Source: an uncultured Actinomycetes bacterium
GTDB taxonomy: Bacteria > Actinomycetota > Actinomycetes > Mycobacteriales > Mycobacteriaceae
Length of the DNA: 64,000 nt
Reading direction: 5' to 3'
Assembly: GCA_903884065.1 (NCBI GenBank)
Contig: CAISDL010000081.1
Span: 13,624 to 77,623, forward strand
Shown here: positions 1 to 13,578 of the stretch, piece after piece
Numbering within the stretch: position 1 is the first letter of the stretch
How the letters are laid out: each line of letters starts with the position of its first letter
The notes under the pieces: generated by a model
Told to the model about the DNA's origin: nothing
Database searches by the model: none
Seen by the model: the letters and a program-made list of their open reading frames with translations, nothing else
Made by a program: the position numbers and the translations under genes

Positions 1-515
1 GCGAACTGGACCGACTGAAGGGCCTGCGCCGCGTTGAGGGGCGGGCTGGAGTACAGGACGTGGAAGCCGCGGCCGGTGGGCGGGCCGCCGTCGGCGTGGA
101 TCGACACCACCGCATTGGGCCGCAGGGCGTTGGCCATTGCGGCGCGTTCGTCCACGCACGGACCGACCTGGTCGTCGTTACCCCGCGACATCGCGGTGCG
201 CACACCGAGTTGGTTCAGTACCGCGCGTATGCGCAGCACGGTGTCCCAGTTGAAGGTGTGCTCGGGATAGCCGGTTGCGGTGTCGGTGCCGCTGGTCTGG
301 CAGTCCTTGGTACCGCCACGGCCGGTGGGCACCTGGCGGGTCATCGAGGCGTCGTTGGCGCCGTTGTGACCCGGGTCGAGGAAGACGATCATGCCCGCGA
401 CACTGCCCGGCGCCGCGTGGGCGACCGGCGGTGCCAGCGACGACGCGGCGAGCATCAGGCCGGTGGATGCGGCGGCCACGACACGCAGCGAAGCGAACGT
501 CAACACGGGCGTCAC
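1..515 (-). CDS. N-acetylmuramoyl-L-alanine amidase (Rv3717/Ami1-like), 3' end outside window
   Basis: Manual minus-strand translation from GTG 515: signal peptide, then MIVFLDPGHNG...YPEHTFNW...CVDERAAMAN...SIHADG (Amidase_3 Zn motifs). Missing from ORF track because it is truncated. Confidence 0.92.
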   Translation of the reverse strand, partial: MTPVLTFASLRVVAAASTGLMLAASSLAPPVAHAAPGSVAGMIVFLDPGHNGANDASMTRQVPTGRGGTKDCQTSGTDTATGYPEHTFNWDTVLRIRAVLNQLGVRTAMSRGNDDQVGPCVDERAAMANALRPNAVVSIHADGGPPTGRGFHVLYSSPPLNAAQALQSVQF

Positions 516-606
516 GCTAAACCCTCGGCGACTAGGCTTGAAAGTCTCCGGCGGCCTGAAACCCCAGGCTGCAACAAACTCGAGACCACAACGCAAGGAG
601 ATCGTC

Positions 607-1008
607 ATGCAACCCGGTGACCCCGGCGATCTGGGGGCTTTCGGCCTGCAGGTTCCCCCGCAACAGCCACAGTTGACGCCCGAGGCCGTGCAGGGCCTCC
701 AGCAACTTCAGGCAGCGCTCGTCCAGGCCCATCAGATGCAGCACAAGCTGATGGAAGCCCAGCAGCAGATCGCCGCAACCCAGGTGGAGGGCCAGGCCGG
801 CGGCGGCCTGGTGCGAGTGGCGCTCAACGGCAACGGTGAGGTCCTGGGGATCCAGATCGACCCCCAGGTGGTCGACCCCAACGACGTCGAAACGCTGCAG
901 GATCTGGTTGTCGCGGCGCTGCGGAATGCGGCCGACAGCATGCGGGAGACCGTCAGGGAAGTCCTCGGTCCCCTCGCGGCTGCCTCCGGCCAGCCCATGA
1001 CGGAGTAG
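607..1008 (+). CDS. ybaB: YbaB/EbfC nucleoid-associated protein
   Basis: MQPG start, [11 protein letters not shown]...[18 protein letters not shown] motif, directly upstream of recR. Confidence 0.92.
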   Translation: MQPGDPGDLGAFGLQVPPQQPQLTPEAVQGLQQLQAALVQAHQMQHKLMEAQQQIAATQVEGQAGGGLVRVALNGNGEVLGIQIDPQVVDPNDVETLQDLVVAALRNAADSMRETVREVLGPLAAASGQPMTE

Positions 1009-1012
1009 GGCC

Positions 1013-1624
1013 TTGTTCGAGGGCCCAGTCCAGGATCTGATCGACGAACTCGGCAAGCTTCCGGGTATCGGGCCCAAGAGTGCGCAGCGGATCGCCTTCC
1101 ATCTGATCTCCGTCGAGCCGCCCGACATCGACCGGCTCACCGCGGTTCTGTCGCGGGTGCGCGACGGTGTGCAGTTCTGCGAGGTTTGCGGAAACGTCTC
1201 CGATGCCGAGCGCTGCCGAATCTGCGGCGACGCCCGGCGGGACGGTTCGATGGTGTGTGTCGTCGAGGAACCCAAGGACGTCCAGGCCGTCGAACGCACG
1301 CGGGAATTCCGGGGCCGCTACCACGTGCTTGGCGGCGCGCTGGATCCGTTGTCCGGCGTGGGGCCTGATCAGTTGCGGATTCGCCAGTTGCTCAACCGGA
1401 TCGGCGAGCGGGTCGATGGCGTAGACATCACCGAGGTGATCATCGCGACCGATCCCAATACCGAGGGGGAGGCGACTGCCACCTACCTGGTGCGCATCCT
1501 GCGCGACATCCCGGGCCTGATGGTCAGTCGCATCGCGTCGGGGCTGCCGATGGGCGGCGACCTCGAGTTCGCCGACGAGTTGACGCTCGGCCGCGCCCTC
1601 TCCGGCCGTCGCGCAATGGTCTAA
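1013..1624 (+). CDS. recR: Recombination mediator RecR
   Basis: Hh[11 protein letters not shown]4 zinc finger CEVC...[26 protein letters not shown]. Confidence 0.98.
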   Translation: MFEGPVQDLIDELGKLPGIGPKSAQRIAFHLISVEPPDIDRLTAVLSRVRDGVQFCEVCGNVSDAERCRICGDARRDGSMVCVVEEPKDVQAVERTREFRGRYHVLGGALDPLSGVGPDQLRIRQLLNRIGERVDGVDITEVIIATDPNTEGEATATYLVRILRDIPGLMVSRIASGLPMGGDLEFADELTLGRALSGRRAMV

Positions 1625-1638
1625 ACCTGCGCTGCATC

Positions 1639-2008
1639 GCGCCCAAACCGACAAACGGGTTGAGGAGTGCGAGAAGAAGACGCCATTTCGTCGGTCTCGG
1701 CGCGCTGTCGGACCCTCGATGGCGGCGTTCCCGTCGCCTTTCTCGACATGGGTTGGCGCGAGATCAAACTCGCGGTCGAGTACGACGGAGACCAACATCG
1801 AACCGATCGACGGCAGTACGTCAGGGATGTGAGGCGTCTTCCGATGTTGGCAAGCCTCGATTGGGAGGTCATTCGGGTTATCGCCGAGGATCGACCAGCG
1901 GAAGTCCTGTTCCGTGTGCGCGAAGCGTTCCAACGACGCGGCGGCCTCGAAATCGACGAAATGGTGCCAGCTACTCGCAATTTCGCTGCGTAATGTCGGT
2001 TTGGGCGC
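1639..2008. repeat. Perfect 15-bp inverted repeat pair flanking the nuclease remnant
   Basis: gcgcccaaaccgaca (1639-1653) and tgtcggtttgggcgc (1994-2008) are exact reverse complements. Confidence 0.9.
1667..1993 (+). pseudogene. C-terminal remnant of DUF559/Vsr-like PD-(D/E)XK endonuclease (Rv3714c position)
   Basis: LDMGW..KLAVEYDGDQHR...W.VIRV is the C-terminal part of a family that is normally about 300 aa; N-terminal part absent. Confidence 0.7.
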
Positions 2009-2019
2009 AAAGGCCCGGG

Positions 2020-2733
2020 TCAGGCACGCCGCGGGGCGGCTAACCGTTCCCGGCGCAACTGATCGACCTCGGGAAGGTCCAGTGGCGGCAGGGGGCCGAC
2101 CACCTTCGACAGCAGCAGGTCGGCGAATTCAGGGTTGCGGGCCAGGCACGGCCCATGCAGATACGTCGCGAACACGCTGCCCTGCATCGCGCCGTCGATA
2201 CCGTCCCCGAGTCGGTTGCCCGCTCCCTTCACCACCGCGGCCAGCGGCCGGGCTGCCGGCCCGAGAACCGTTCCGCCGCGATGGTTTTCGAAACCGGTGA
2301 GCGATTCCGAAAGTCCCTCGATCAGCGGCGTGGAGACCACCTCCCCGATGGTGCGCTCCGGCTGCGGGGAAGTGGTGACGTCGAGCAGGCCCACACCGTC
2401 GACGCGCTCGCCGGCCGAGGTCTGATACCAGTGGCCCAACACCTGGATGGCCGCGCAGATGGCGAGGATCGGGGCTCCCCGCCCGGCGGCGCGCTGAAGG
2501 CCGGGATGCTGCAGCAGATGCCGGGTGGCCAACCGCTGGGCGTAGTCCTCCGCACCGCCGAGGGTGTAGAGATCCAGGGAATCGGGAACAGGATCGGCCA
2601 GGGTGATCTCGACGATCTCGGCCGGAATCCCGCGCAGCAGAAGGCGTTGCCGCAGCACCACCGCGTTGCCGCCGTCGCCGTAGGTCCCCATGACGTCGGG
2701 CAGCACCAAGCCGATCCGGACAGGTTCAGCCAT
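2020..2733 (-). CDS. gatD: Type 1 glutamine amidotransferase GatD/CobQ2 (peptidoglycan amidation)
   Basis: MAEPVRIGLVLPDVMGTYGD, AICAAIQ catalytic Cys, GFENH, TYLHGP; overlaps murT stop. Confidence 0.93.
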   Translation of the reverse strand: MAEPVRIGLVLPDVMGTYGDGGNAVVLRQRLLLRGIPAEIVEITLADPVPDSLDLYTLGGAEDYAQRLATRHLLQHPGLQRAAGRGAPILAICAAIQVLGHWYQTSAGERVDGVGLLDVTTSPQPERTIGEVVSTPLIEGLSESLTGFENHRGGTVLGPAARPLAAVVKGAGNRLGDGIDGAMQGSVFATYLHGPCLARNPEFADLLLSKVVGPLPPLDLPEVDQLRRERLAAPRRA

Positions 2734-4009
2734 GGTGCTTCTCCAACGCCCGCTGCAACTGCAGGAACGCGGTGTAGTTGGCGACGACCTCCACGTGTCC
2801 GGGCGGACAGGTCTCGATCGCTTTGACGGTGTCATGCACGAGGGAGTGTTCGACGCCCGCGTAGCCCAGACGCACCGCCAGATCCGTCCCGCGTTCCCCG
2901 GCGGCCACCACCGAGGTGGCATGTCCCGATGCTCTTCGCGCGAGACGCTCATCGCCGAAGTGCTCGAAGCGGACGTCCCACAGCCAGGACAGGTCCTCCC
3001 CGTCGGGCACCTGCCCGTTCACCGAGATCACCACGCCCGCAGCGGTTTTGTCGACCATCGACAGCGCCTCCTGCCAGCCGGCGGGGTTCTTGGCCAGCAA
3101 CATCCGCGCGGTGTGGTTGCCGATGCGCACAGTCCGGTAGCGGCCGGCCACTTCGTCGACGCCGGACACCGCCACCACCGCTGCAGCCGGGTCGGCTCCC
3201 ATGGTCACCGCGGCTGCGACGGCCTGTGCGGCATTGCCGCGGTTCACCGCTCCGGGGAGCGCCAGTCGCATCGGCGCGACGAAACCCTCGGGCCCGTAGA
3301 GGTTATCGGCGTCGTACCACCACTGCGGGGTGGGGCGCCTGAAGTCTGTTCCGGTGGAGTACCAGTGCGCTCCGTCGCGCACGATCACCTCGCCGCTGCG
3401 CGGGCAACTCACCGAGTCCCCCGCCCAGCCGCCGCCGGCCGCGACCCACACGACGTGTGGGGAGTCATAGGCCGCCGACGTCATCAGCACGTCGTCGCAG
3501 TTGGCCACGATCACGGCAGCCGGATGCCGTGCCAGGCCCGCCCGCAGCGTCCGTTCGATGTGGTTGATCTCACCGACCCGGTCCAACTGGTCGCGGGAGA
3601 GGTTCAGCAGCACGATCACGGCCGGATTGACCGCATCGGAGACATGCGGGACGTGCATCTCGTCCACTTCGAGGGCGGCCAGCGGGGCATCGCGCTCGGC
3701 AGCCAGTGCGGCCACCAGACCCGCGTCCATGTTCGCGCCCTCGCCGTTCGTCGCGACCGGCCCGATGGTCCCGAGTGCGGCGGCCACCATCCGGGTGGTG
3801 GTCGACTTGCCGTTCGTCCCCGTCACCACGGCGGTCCGCCGCCCGGTCCCGAGCTGCTGCAGGACCGTGCGGTCCATGGTCATCGCGACCAGTCCGCCAA
3901 TCATCGCGCCGGCGCCGCGGCCGCTGACGCGGGATGCCCAGCGTGCGGCCGATCCGAGCGCGAGCGCGGACCGCCCACGCAGGGTCATTCTCGGCTTTGT
4001 GCTCGTCAT
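2726..4009 (-). CDS. murT: Mur ligase family MurT (Rv3712-like)
   Basis: VTGTNGKSTT P-loop, LEVDE, NLSRDQLDR, LLAKNPAG, DGEDLSWLWD (DUF1727). Confidence 0.93.
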   Translation of the reverse strand: MTSTKPRMTLRGRSALALGSAARWASRVSGRGAGAMIGGLVAMTMDRTVLQQLGTGRRTAVVTGTNGKSTTTRMVAAALGTIGPVATNGEGANMDAGLVAALAAERDAPLAALEVDEMHVPHVSDAVNPAVIVLLNLSRDQLDRVGEINHIERTLRAGLARHPAAVIVANCDDVLMTSAAYDSPHVVWVAAGGGWAGDSVSCPRSGEVIVRDGAHWYSTGTDFRRPTPQWWYDADNLYGPEGFVAPMRLALPGAVNRGNAAQAVAAAVTMGADPAAAVVAVSGVDEVAGRYRTVRIGNHTARMLLAKNPAGWQEALSMVDKTAAGVVISVNGQVPDGEDLSWLWDVRFEHFGDERLARRASGHATSVVAAGERGTDLAVRLGYAGVEHSLVHDTVKAIETCPPGHVEVVANYTAFLQLQRALEKHHG

Positions 4010-4100
4010 CGCAGGTGAGTGTATTCCGAGTCGGTGCGCCGGTGCCCGACACGGAGGGGATGTGCCGGACCCTGTCGGGGGCGCATGCCATTCTGACCCT

Positions 4101-5090
4101 GTGAGCCACACCTGGGGCCGACCGGCCCGCGAGGCGGGCGACGGTTGGGTCGTCGTCGATGTAGAGACCTCGGGTTTCAGCCCGGGACACGCCCGCGTGC
4201 TCAGCATCGCCGCACTGGCACTCGATCAGGTCGGCAACGTCGAACAGTCCGTGGTGAGTCTGCTCAATCCCGGAGTAGATCCGGGCCCCACGCACGTGCA
4301 CGGCCTGACCGCCGACATGCTCGAAGATCAGCCGACCTTCGCCGATATCGCCGCCGACATCGCCGAACTCATGCACGGCCGCACACTGGTGGCGCACAAC
4401 GCTGCGTTCGACTACTCGTTCCTCGTCGCCGAGGCCGAACTGGCCGGGACCGTCCTGCCGGTCGACACGGTCATGTGCACGGTCGAACTCAGCCGCCGAC
4501 TTGATCTGGGCCTGGACAACCTTCGGCTGGAAACCCTGGCGCGACATTGGGATGTTCCACAGACCAGGGCACACGACGCCTTCGATGACGCACTTGTGCT
4601 GTCGCGGGTGCTCATCCCGGCACTCCAGCGAGCACGTGACCGTGATGTGTGGCTACCGGTCCGGCCGGTGAGCCGGCGCCGCTGGCCCAACGGCGCGGTC
4701 ACCCATGAGGAATTGCGGCCGCTGAAGATGCTCGCCTCGCGGATGCCGTGCCCGTATTTGAACCCGGGCCGTTACGAACGGGGCGGACCACTGGTTCAGG
4801 GCATGCGGGTGGCGCTGTCCTCCGAGGTCACCCGCACCCACGAAGAGTTGGTCGAGCGCATCATTCACGCCGGCCTGGCCTACACCGACGCCGTCGACCC
4901 CGAAACGTCACTGGTCATCTGCAACGAGCCGCTTCCCGAGCAGGGCAAGGGATTTCAGGCCCGCGAACTCGGCGTGCCGACGGTGTCCGACGAGCAGTTC
5001 ATGCACCGCGTGAGCGAGGTCGCCGGGGGCGTCGGCATCGACCAGTTCGAGCAGCCGGTCGCCCGGGGTCAGCAGTTCGCGCTGTTCTGA
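4101..5090 (+). CDS. dnaQ: DEDDh exonuclease DnaQ with BRCT-like C-terminus
   Basis: MSHTWGR start, VVVDVETSG, VAHNAAFD, HDAFDDA. Confidence 0.93.
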   Translation: MSHTWGRPAREAGDGWVVVDVETSGFSPGHARVLSIAALALDQVGNVEQSVVSLLNPGVDPGPTHVHGLTADMLEDQPTFADIAADIAELMHGRTLVAHNAAFDYSFLVAEAELAGTVLPVDTVMCTVELSRRLDLGLDNLRLETLARHWDVPQTRAHDAFDDALVLSRVLIPALQRARDRDVWLPVRPVSRRRWPNGAVTHEELRPLKMLASRMPCPYLNPGRYERGGPLVQGMRVALSSEVTRTHEELVERIIHAGLAYTDAVDPETSLVICNEPLPEQGKGFQARELGVPTVSDEQFMHRVSEVAGGVGIDQFEQPVARGQQFALF

Positions 5091-5109
5091 TCAGGAGCCG
5101 GGGCGGATC

Positions 5110-6327
5110 ATGAGAACTGAGCGGTTCGACTTTCCCAATGCTCAGGGGCACGTGCTGACCGCAGAGCTGCAATACCCCTCCGGGGAGCCGCGCGATTACG
5201 CATTGTTCGCCCATTGCTTCACCTGCAGCAAGGACAGCCGCGCGGCCCGGTGGATCTCTGAGTCGCTGGCGGCCCGCGGCATCGCGGTGTTGCGCTTCGA
5301 TTTCACCGGCCTGGGCTCCAGCGAGGGTGATTTCGCCGCCACCGACTTCTCCTCCAACGTCGGCGATCTCGTCGCCGCCGCCGACCACCTGCGCACCGCG
5401 CACCGCGCACCGGCCCTGCTGATCGGTCACAGCCTCGGCGGTGCGGCGGTGCTGGCGGCAGCCTCCCGCGTCCCCGAGGCGCGGGCCGTCGCAACGATCG
5501 GGGCGCCGTCCGACCCCGCCCACGTGACCACCATGTTCGCCGACCGGATCGAGGAGATCCGTTCCCGCGGCGAAGGGGAGGTGGAACTGGGCGGGCGGGT
5601 GTTCCGGATCCGTCGCGACTTTCTCGACGACGTCGCCGAGCAACGCCTGCTCGACGAGGTTGCCACCATGCGTAAGGCACTCCTGGTTCTGCACGCACCG
5701 ACCGACCAGATCGTCTCGATCGACGATGCGAGCAGCATCTTCGCCGCCGCGCGGCATCCGAAGAGTTTCGTCTCCCTCGACGACGCCGACCACCTGCTTT
5801 CCCGCCGCCGCGACGCCCGGTACGCCGGAGCGGTGATTGCGGCGTGGTCCCAGCGCTACATCGCCGCCCCGGATGACGACCCCGCTGGCGGCGGCACGCC
5901 GGGAGAGGTGGTGGTCACCGAGACCCGCCGGGGCGCGTTCCAGCAGTCCGTCACGATGGGCGCCCACCGCCTCATCGCCGACGAGCCAGAAGGCGTCGGC
6001 GGCCTCGACGGCGGGCCGTCGCCCTACGACCTGCTGCTGGCAGCGCTCGGGGCCTGCACCACGATGACCCTGCGGATGTATGCCGATCGCAAGGCCCTCC
6101 CGTTGAAGGCCGCCTCAGTGGTATTGCGCCACAGCAAGATCCACGCCGCTGACTGTGAAACCTGCGAGACAGGCCAGGGCCAGATCGACCGCATCGAGCG
6201 GATCATCACCCTCGACGGCCCGCTGGACGATGCTCAGCGGATGCGGCTGCTGCAGATCGCCGACAAGTGCCCCGTACACCGCACGCTGACCTCGGAGATC
6301 GACATCAGAACGGAACTGGCCGACTGA
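5110..6327 (+). CDS. Bifunctional alpha/beta hydrolase-OsmC family protein
   Basis: AHCFTCSK, GHSLGG nucleophile elbow, then OsmC domain SPYDLLLAALGAC...KCPVHRTL. Confidence 0.88.
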   Translation: MRTERFDFPNAQGHVLTAELQYPSGEPRDYALFAHCFTCSKDSRAARWISESLAARGIAVLRFDFTGLGSSEGDFAATDFSSNVGDLVAAADHLRTAHRAPALLIGHSLGGAAVLAAASRVPEARAVATIGAPSDPAHVTTMFADRIEEIRSRGEGEVELGGRVFRIRRDFLDDVAEQRLLDEVATMRKALLVLHAPTDQIVSIDDASSIFAAARHPKSFVSLDDADHLLSRRRDARYAGAVIAAWSQRYIAAPDDDPAGGGTPGEVVVTETRRGAFQQSVTMGAHRLIADEPEGVGGLDGGPSPYDLLLAALGACTTMTLRMYADRKALPLKAASVVLRHSKIHAADCETCETGQGQIDRIERIITLDGPLDDAQRMRLLQIADKCPVHRTLTSEIDIRTELAD

Positions 6328-6339
6328 CGTTCACCCGGT

Positions 6340-8181
<1,842 letters not shown>

Positions 8182-8256
8182 TTACGCTCCGGGAAGTTGA
8201 GGAGGGACTTCAGACCGGCGCATCGCGAAACACCCGCGACGGGAAGCCAGTCTGGA

Positions 8257-8307
8257 TCAGACCCCGCCGCGGCGTCCGAGAAGGAGCACCCGCTGCACGC
8301 ATCTCAC
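8257..8307 (-). promoter_or_regulatory. leuA leader peptide (LEU element): (MRC)MQRVLLLGRRGGV
   Basis: GTG CAG CGG GTG CTC CTT CTC GGA CGC CGC GGC GGG GTC TGA, 79 nt upstream of leuA, with tandem Leu codons. Confidence 0.85.
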
Positions 8308-8343
8308 TGTACTCCGGTTGTCTCACCAGGCACAATCGCCTCC

Positions 8344-8700
8344 ATGACGTCCCCGCCGGCCCCGCACCCCCACCGTTCGCCCGCAGATCGGGTGGCGTCC
8401 ATCGTGATGAGCGTGCTGGCGGTGGCGGCGGGCCTGGCGTCGGCGTTCTTCTCGCCCTTCTTCGTCATGGCGACCGACGCCTGCGGCCACAACGACTGCC
8501 GCGACGAGTTGGTCACCTGGGCCTACGTCGTCACCTGGGGAGGCTTGGCCCTGGCGGCCATCGTGGGCGTGGTCGGCATGGTCGTCGCGGCACGACGGAA
8601 GACCGCGATGTGGGTCTGGCCGGCGTTGGCGCTGTTCCTGGTGGTCACGACGTTCGTCATCGGCGCGCAGTTGGCCAGTTCGGCGGCTCCGGGAGACTGA
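8344..8700 (+). CDS. Small membrane protein with 3 predicted TM segments
   Basis: ATG 8344 inside a shadow ORF; hydrophobic helices with a TDACGHNDC loop; fills an otherwise empty gap. Confidence 0.75.
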   Translation: MTSPPAPHPHRSPADRVASIVMSVLAVAAGLASAFFSPFFVMATDACGHNDCRDELVTWAYVVTWGGLALAAIVGVVGMVVAARRKTAMWVWPALALFLVVTTFVIGAQLASSAAPGD

Positions 8701-8701
8701 A

Positions 8702-9301
8702 TCAGCTCCAGGCCCGGCCCCAGGTGTCGCTGAAGGCGATCCGGCCCAGGGGCAGTCGCTCGCGGGCCTGCGCGTCGCGCTCGGCGATGTCCTCGCTGAC
8801 GAGGGCGTAGTCGGCGAGCGAACCCACCGCGATCACCATCAGCGGCCGCACCTGTGGCGGCATGTCGAAGGCCTTGCGGGCGCCGTCGACGTCGAAACCC
8901 GCCATCGGGTGGGTGATCAGACCCCGCGACACCGCCTCGGTGATCAGGTTGGCCGCGGCCGCTCCGGCGTCCACGGCGCTGTAGAGCGCGGTATTCGGGT
9001 CGTCTCCCTCGTCGGCGCACACCAGGATCAACGCCCCCGCCGCCGTGGCGTAGGAGTTTCCGCGGTTGAGCAGGCCGGCCAGCGTCTGGTAACTGCTCTC
9101 CCCGCGCCTGCCGACGACGAACCGCACCGGTTGGCGACGTCCCCACGTGGCGGCCCAGCGGGCGGCCTCCAGCAGCGCCGTCACCTGCTCCGCCGACACC
9201 TCGGCGCTCGGGTCGAAGGCCCGCGGACTCCACCGCTGGGCGATCGGTGGATGGATCGGAACCCGCGTCGAGGCGGTGCGGTCAGCAGGCAGTTCGGGCA
9301 T
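8702..9301 (-). CDS. Nitroreductase family protein
   Basis: [29 protein letters not shown]. Confidence 0.9.
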   Translation of the reverse strand: MPELPADRTASTRVPIHPPIAQRWSPRAFDPSAEVSAEQVTALLEAARWAATWGRRQPVRFVVGRRGESSYQTLAGLLNRGNSYATAAGALILVCADEGDDPNTALYSAVDAGAAAANLITEAVSRGLITHPMAGFDVDGARKAFDMPPQVRPLMVIAVGSLADYALVSEDIAERDAQARERLPLGRIAFSDTWGRAWS

Positions 9302-9393
9302 CGCTTGGACGTTACCCGGACAAAAGCCGCGCACAGCGCGACAGGCTGGACCCCTTATCCTTGAGGGCAACCCCAGCCCGGAAAGGCAAGACA

Positions 9394-11697
<2,304 letters not shown>

Positions 11698-11698
11698 T

Positions 11699-12196
11699 TC
11701 AGCGGCTGTCGCGCCTGGCCTGGCGGCGGGCACCGGTGGCTGTTGTCGACGCCTCGAACTTCACCCGGCCCGCGGTCTTGCGCGGTGGGGCCGCCTTGCC
11801 GCGCGTCGCGGGTGTGGCAGCTGCCGGCCTACCGGCAGCTGATCCGGATGCCTTCTCCTTGCGGGCCTGAGCCAACCGCTCCTGCTTGAGGTCGTTGGCG
11901 TTGCGCTGCGCGGCGGCACCCAGTTGCCGGCTCACCCGCGCCAGCGCCTCCTCGAAGACCTCGGCCTTGGCCCAGCCGCGCTCGTTGGCCTCCGCGGCCG
12001 CGCCACGGGCCCCTTTGACCCTCACCTTCGCCGCACCGCGCCGGCGATACAGATCGACGTACTTGTCGCGGGCGCGGCGCACCCGGGTGTGCAACTCGAT
12101 CAATGCGTCGGCATCCAGGTGGGCCATCGCAGCCGGTTTCGTCTCGTCGATGAGCTGGTTCTCGCGCGCGGTGAGGTTCACTCCGGGTGCAGGCAT
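11699..12196 (-). CDS. Hypothetical basic Ala/Arg-rich protein
   Basis: Helical, non-shadow-like composition (LIELHTRVRRARDKY...KAEVFEEALARV); converges on asd. Confidence 0.7.
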   Translation of the reverse strand: MPAPGVNLTARENQLIDETKPAAMAHLDADALIELHTRVRRARDKYVDLYRRRGAAKVRVKGARGAAAEANERGWAKAEVFEEALARVSRQLGAAAQRNANDLKQERLAQARKEKASGSAAGRPAAATPATRGKAAPPRKTAGRVKFEASTTATGARRQARRDSR

Positions 12197-12350
12197 CCCC
12201 GATTCTTAGCGCGTGTGTCCGGCAGTTGCGCCCCGAATCGCCGAGCCGGGCCACCGCGCTGCCGAAACCGCCCAGTCGTCGGTTGGCCTCGGTATCCGGC
12301 CGATGGGCAGTAGTGTCTGTCCGAATCCATTCGACGACAGCAGGAGAGAC

Positions 12351-13559
12351 GTGGCCGTTCACACGAAGAGAAGCGCACTGGCCGCAGCGGCCGCCGTCCT
12401 GGCGCTGGCCGGGTGTTCCCAGCCCAAGCCGGAGGCCTCGAACGCCGAGTCGGCGAGCGATCTCACCATCGTCGCGCAGATGCCGGTCGACCAGAACGGT
12501 GCCGAGGTGAAACTGGAGGGCGGCGGCACGCCGGCCGACCCGGCCGGTGACGGCAAGGCCAACTGCCCGCCGGTCTCGATCGCGATGGCCGGCCCGCTCA
12601 CCGGGGCCGACGCCCCGTTCGGCCGCAACGTCCAGGACGGTGCGGAACTGGCCGTCGAGCAGCACAATGCCGCCAACCCCGGCTGCCAGGTGCAGTTGAT
12701 GACCTTCGACACCGAAGGCGATCCGCAGAAGGCGACGGGGATCGCGCCGCAGATCGTCGACGACTCGTCGATCGTCGGTCTCGTGGGCCCGACGTGGTCG
12801 GGTGAGACCAAGGCCACGGGGGTGATCTTCGACCAGGCAGGTCTCGTCGCGATCACCCCGTCGGCCACCAATCCCGATCTGTCCGGGCAGGGTTGGAAGA
12901 CCTTCTTCCGCGGTTTGTCCAGCGATGCCGTGCAGGGCCCGTCGCTGGCCAACTATCTGAAGAACTCGGTGGGCGTCAAGAAGGTGTGTGTGGTCGACGA
13001 CAGCACCGACGCCGGCGTCGGCCAGACCCAGGCGATCGCCCAGACCCTCGGCCCGATCGCCGACTCGGCGTGCAAGATCTCGGTCAAGAAGGGCGACAAG
13101 GATTTCTCCGCCGCGGTCACCCAGATCCTGGGCCAGAAGCCGGACGCGGTCGTCTTCGCCTCCTACTACACCGAAGGTGCCCTGCTGCTGCAGCAGTTGC
13201 GTGAGGCCGGATTCACCGGCCTGTTCTCCGGGCCCGACGGTCTCAAGGATCCCCAGTTCGTCAAGGCCGCCGGGCAGGCCGCCAAGGACGCCGTGCTGTC
13301 GTGCCCGTGCGGTCCGGCGACCGGCGGTTTCGTCGACGCCTACACGAAGTCCGCCGGGCAGGCTCCGGGCACCTACAGCGTCGAGGCGTACGACGCCGCC
13401 ACGATCCTGCTGAAGGGGATCGACTCCGGTGCGGTCACCCGGCCGGCGCTGCTCGACTTCGTCACCAACTACAACGGACAGGGACTGGCGCGTAAGTACG
13501 AGTGGACCGACACCGGTGAGCTGACGTCGAACCTGATCTGGATCTACAAGGTTCAGTAG
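12351..13559 (+). CDS. Branched-chain amino acid ABC substrate-binding lipoprotein (LivJ/K-like)
   Basis: AGGAG RBS before GTG, lipobox LAGC, AMAGPLTG, TPSATNPDL, YDAA. Confidence 0.9.
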   Translation: MAVHTKRSALAAAAAVLALAGCSQPKPEASNAESASDLTIVAQMPVDQNGAEVKLEGGGTPADPAGDGKANCPPVSIAMAGPLTGADAPFGRNVQDGAELAVEQHNAANPGCQVQLMTFDTEGDPQKATGIAPQIVDDSSIVGLVGPTWSGETKATGVIFDQAGLVAITPSATNPDLSGQGWKTFFRGLSSDAVQGPSLANYLKNSVGVKKVCVVDDSTDAGVGQTQAIAQTLGPIADSACKISVKKGDKDFSAAVTQILGQKPDAVVFASYYTEGALLLQQLREAGFTGLFSGPDGLKDPQFVKAAGQAAKDAVLSCPCGPATGGFVDAYTKSAGQAPGTYSVEAYDAATILLKGIDSGAVTRPALLDFVTNYNGQGLARKYEWTDTGELTSNLIWIYKVQ

Positions 13560-13578
13560 CGCCACTGCCTCGGCTGGC

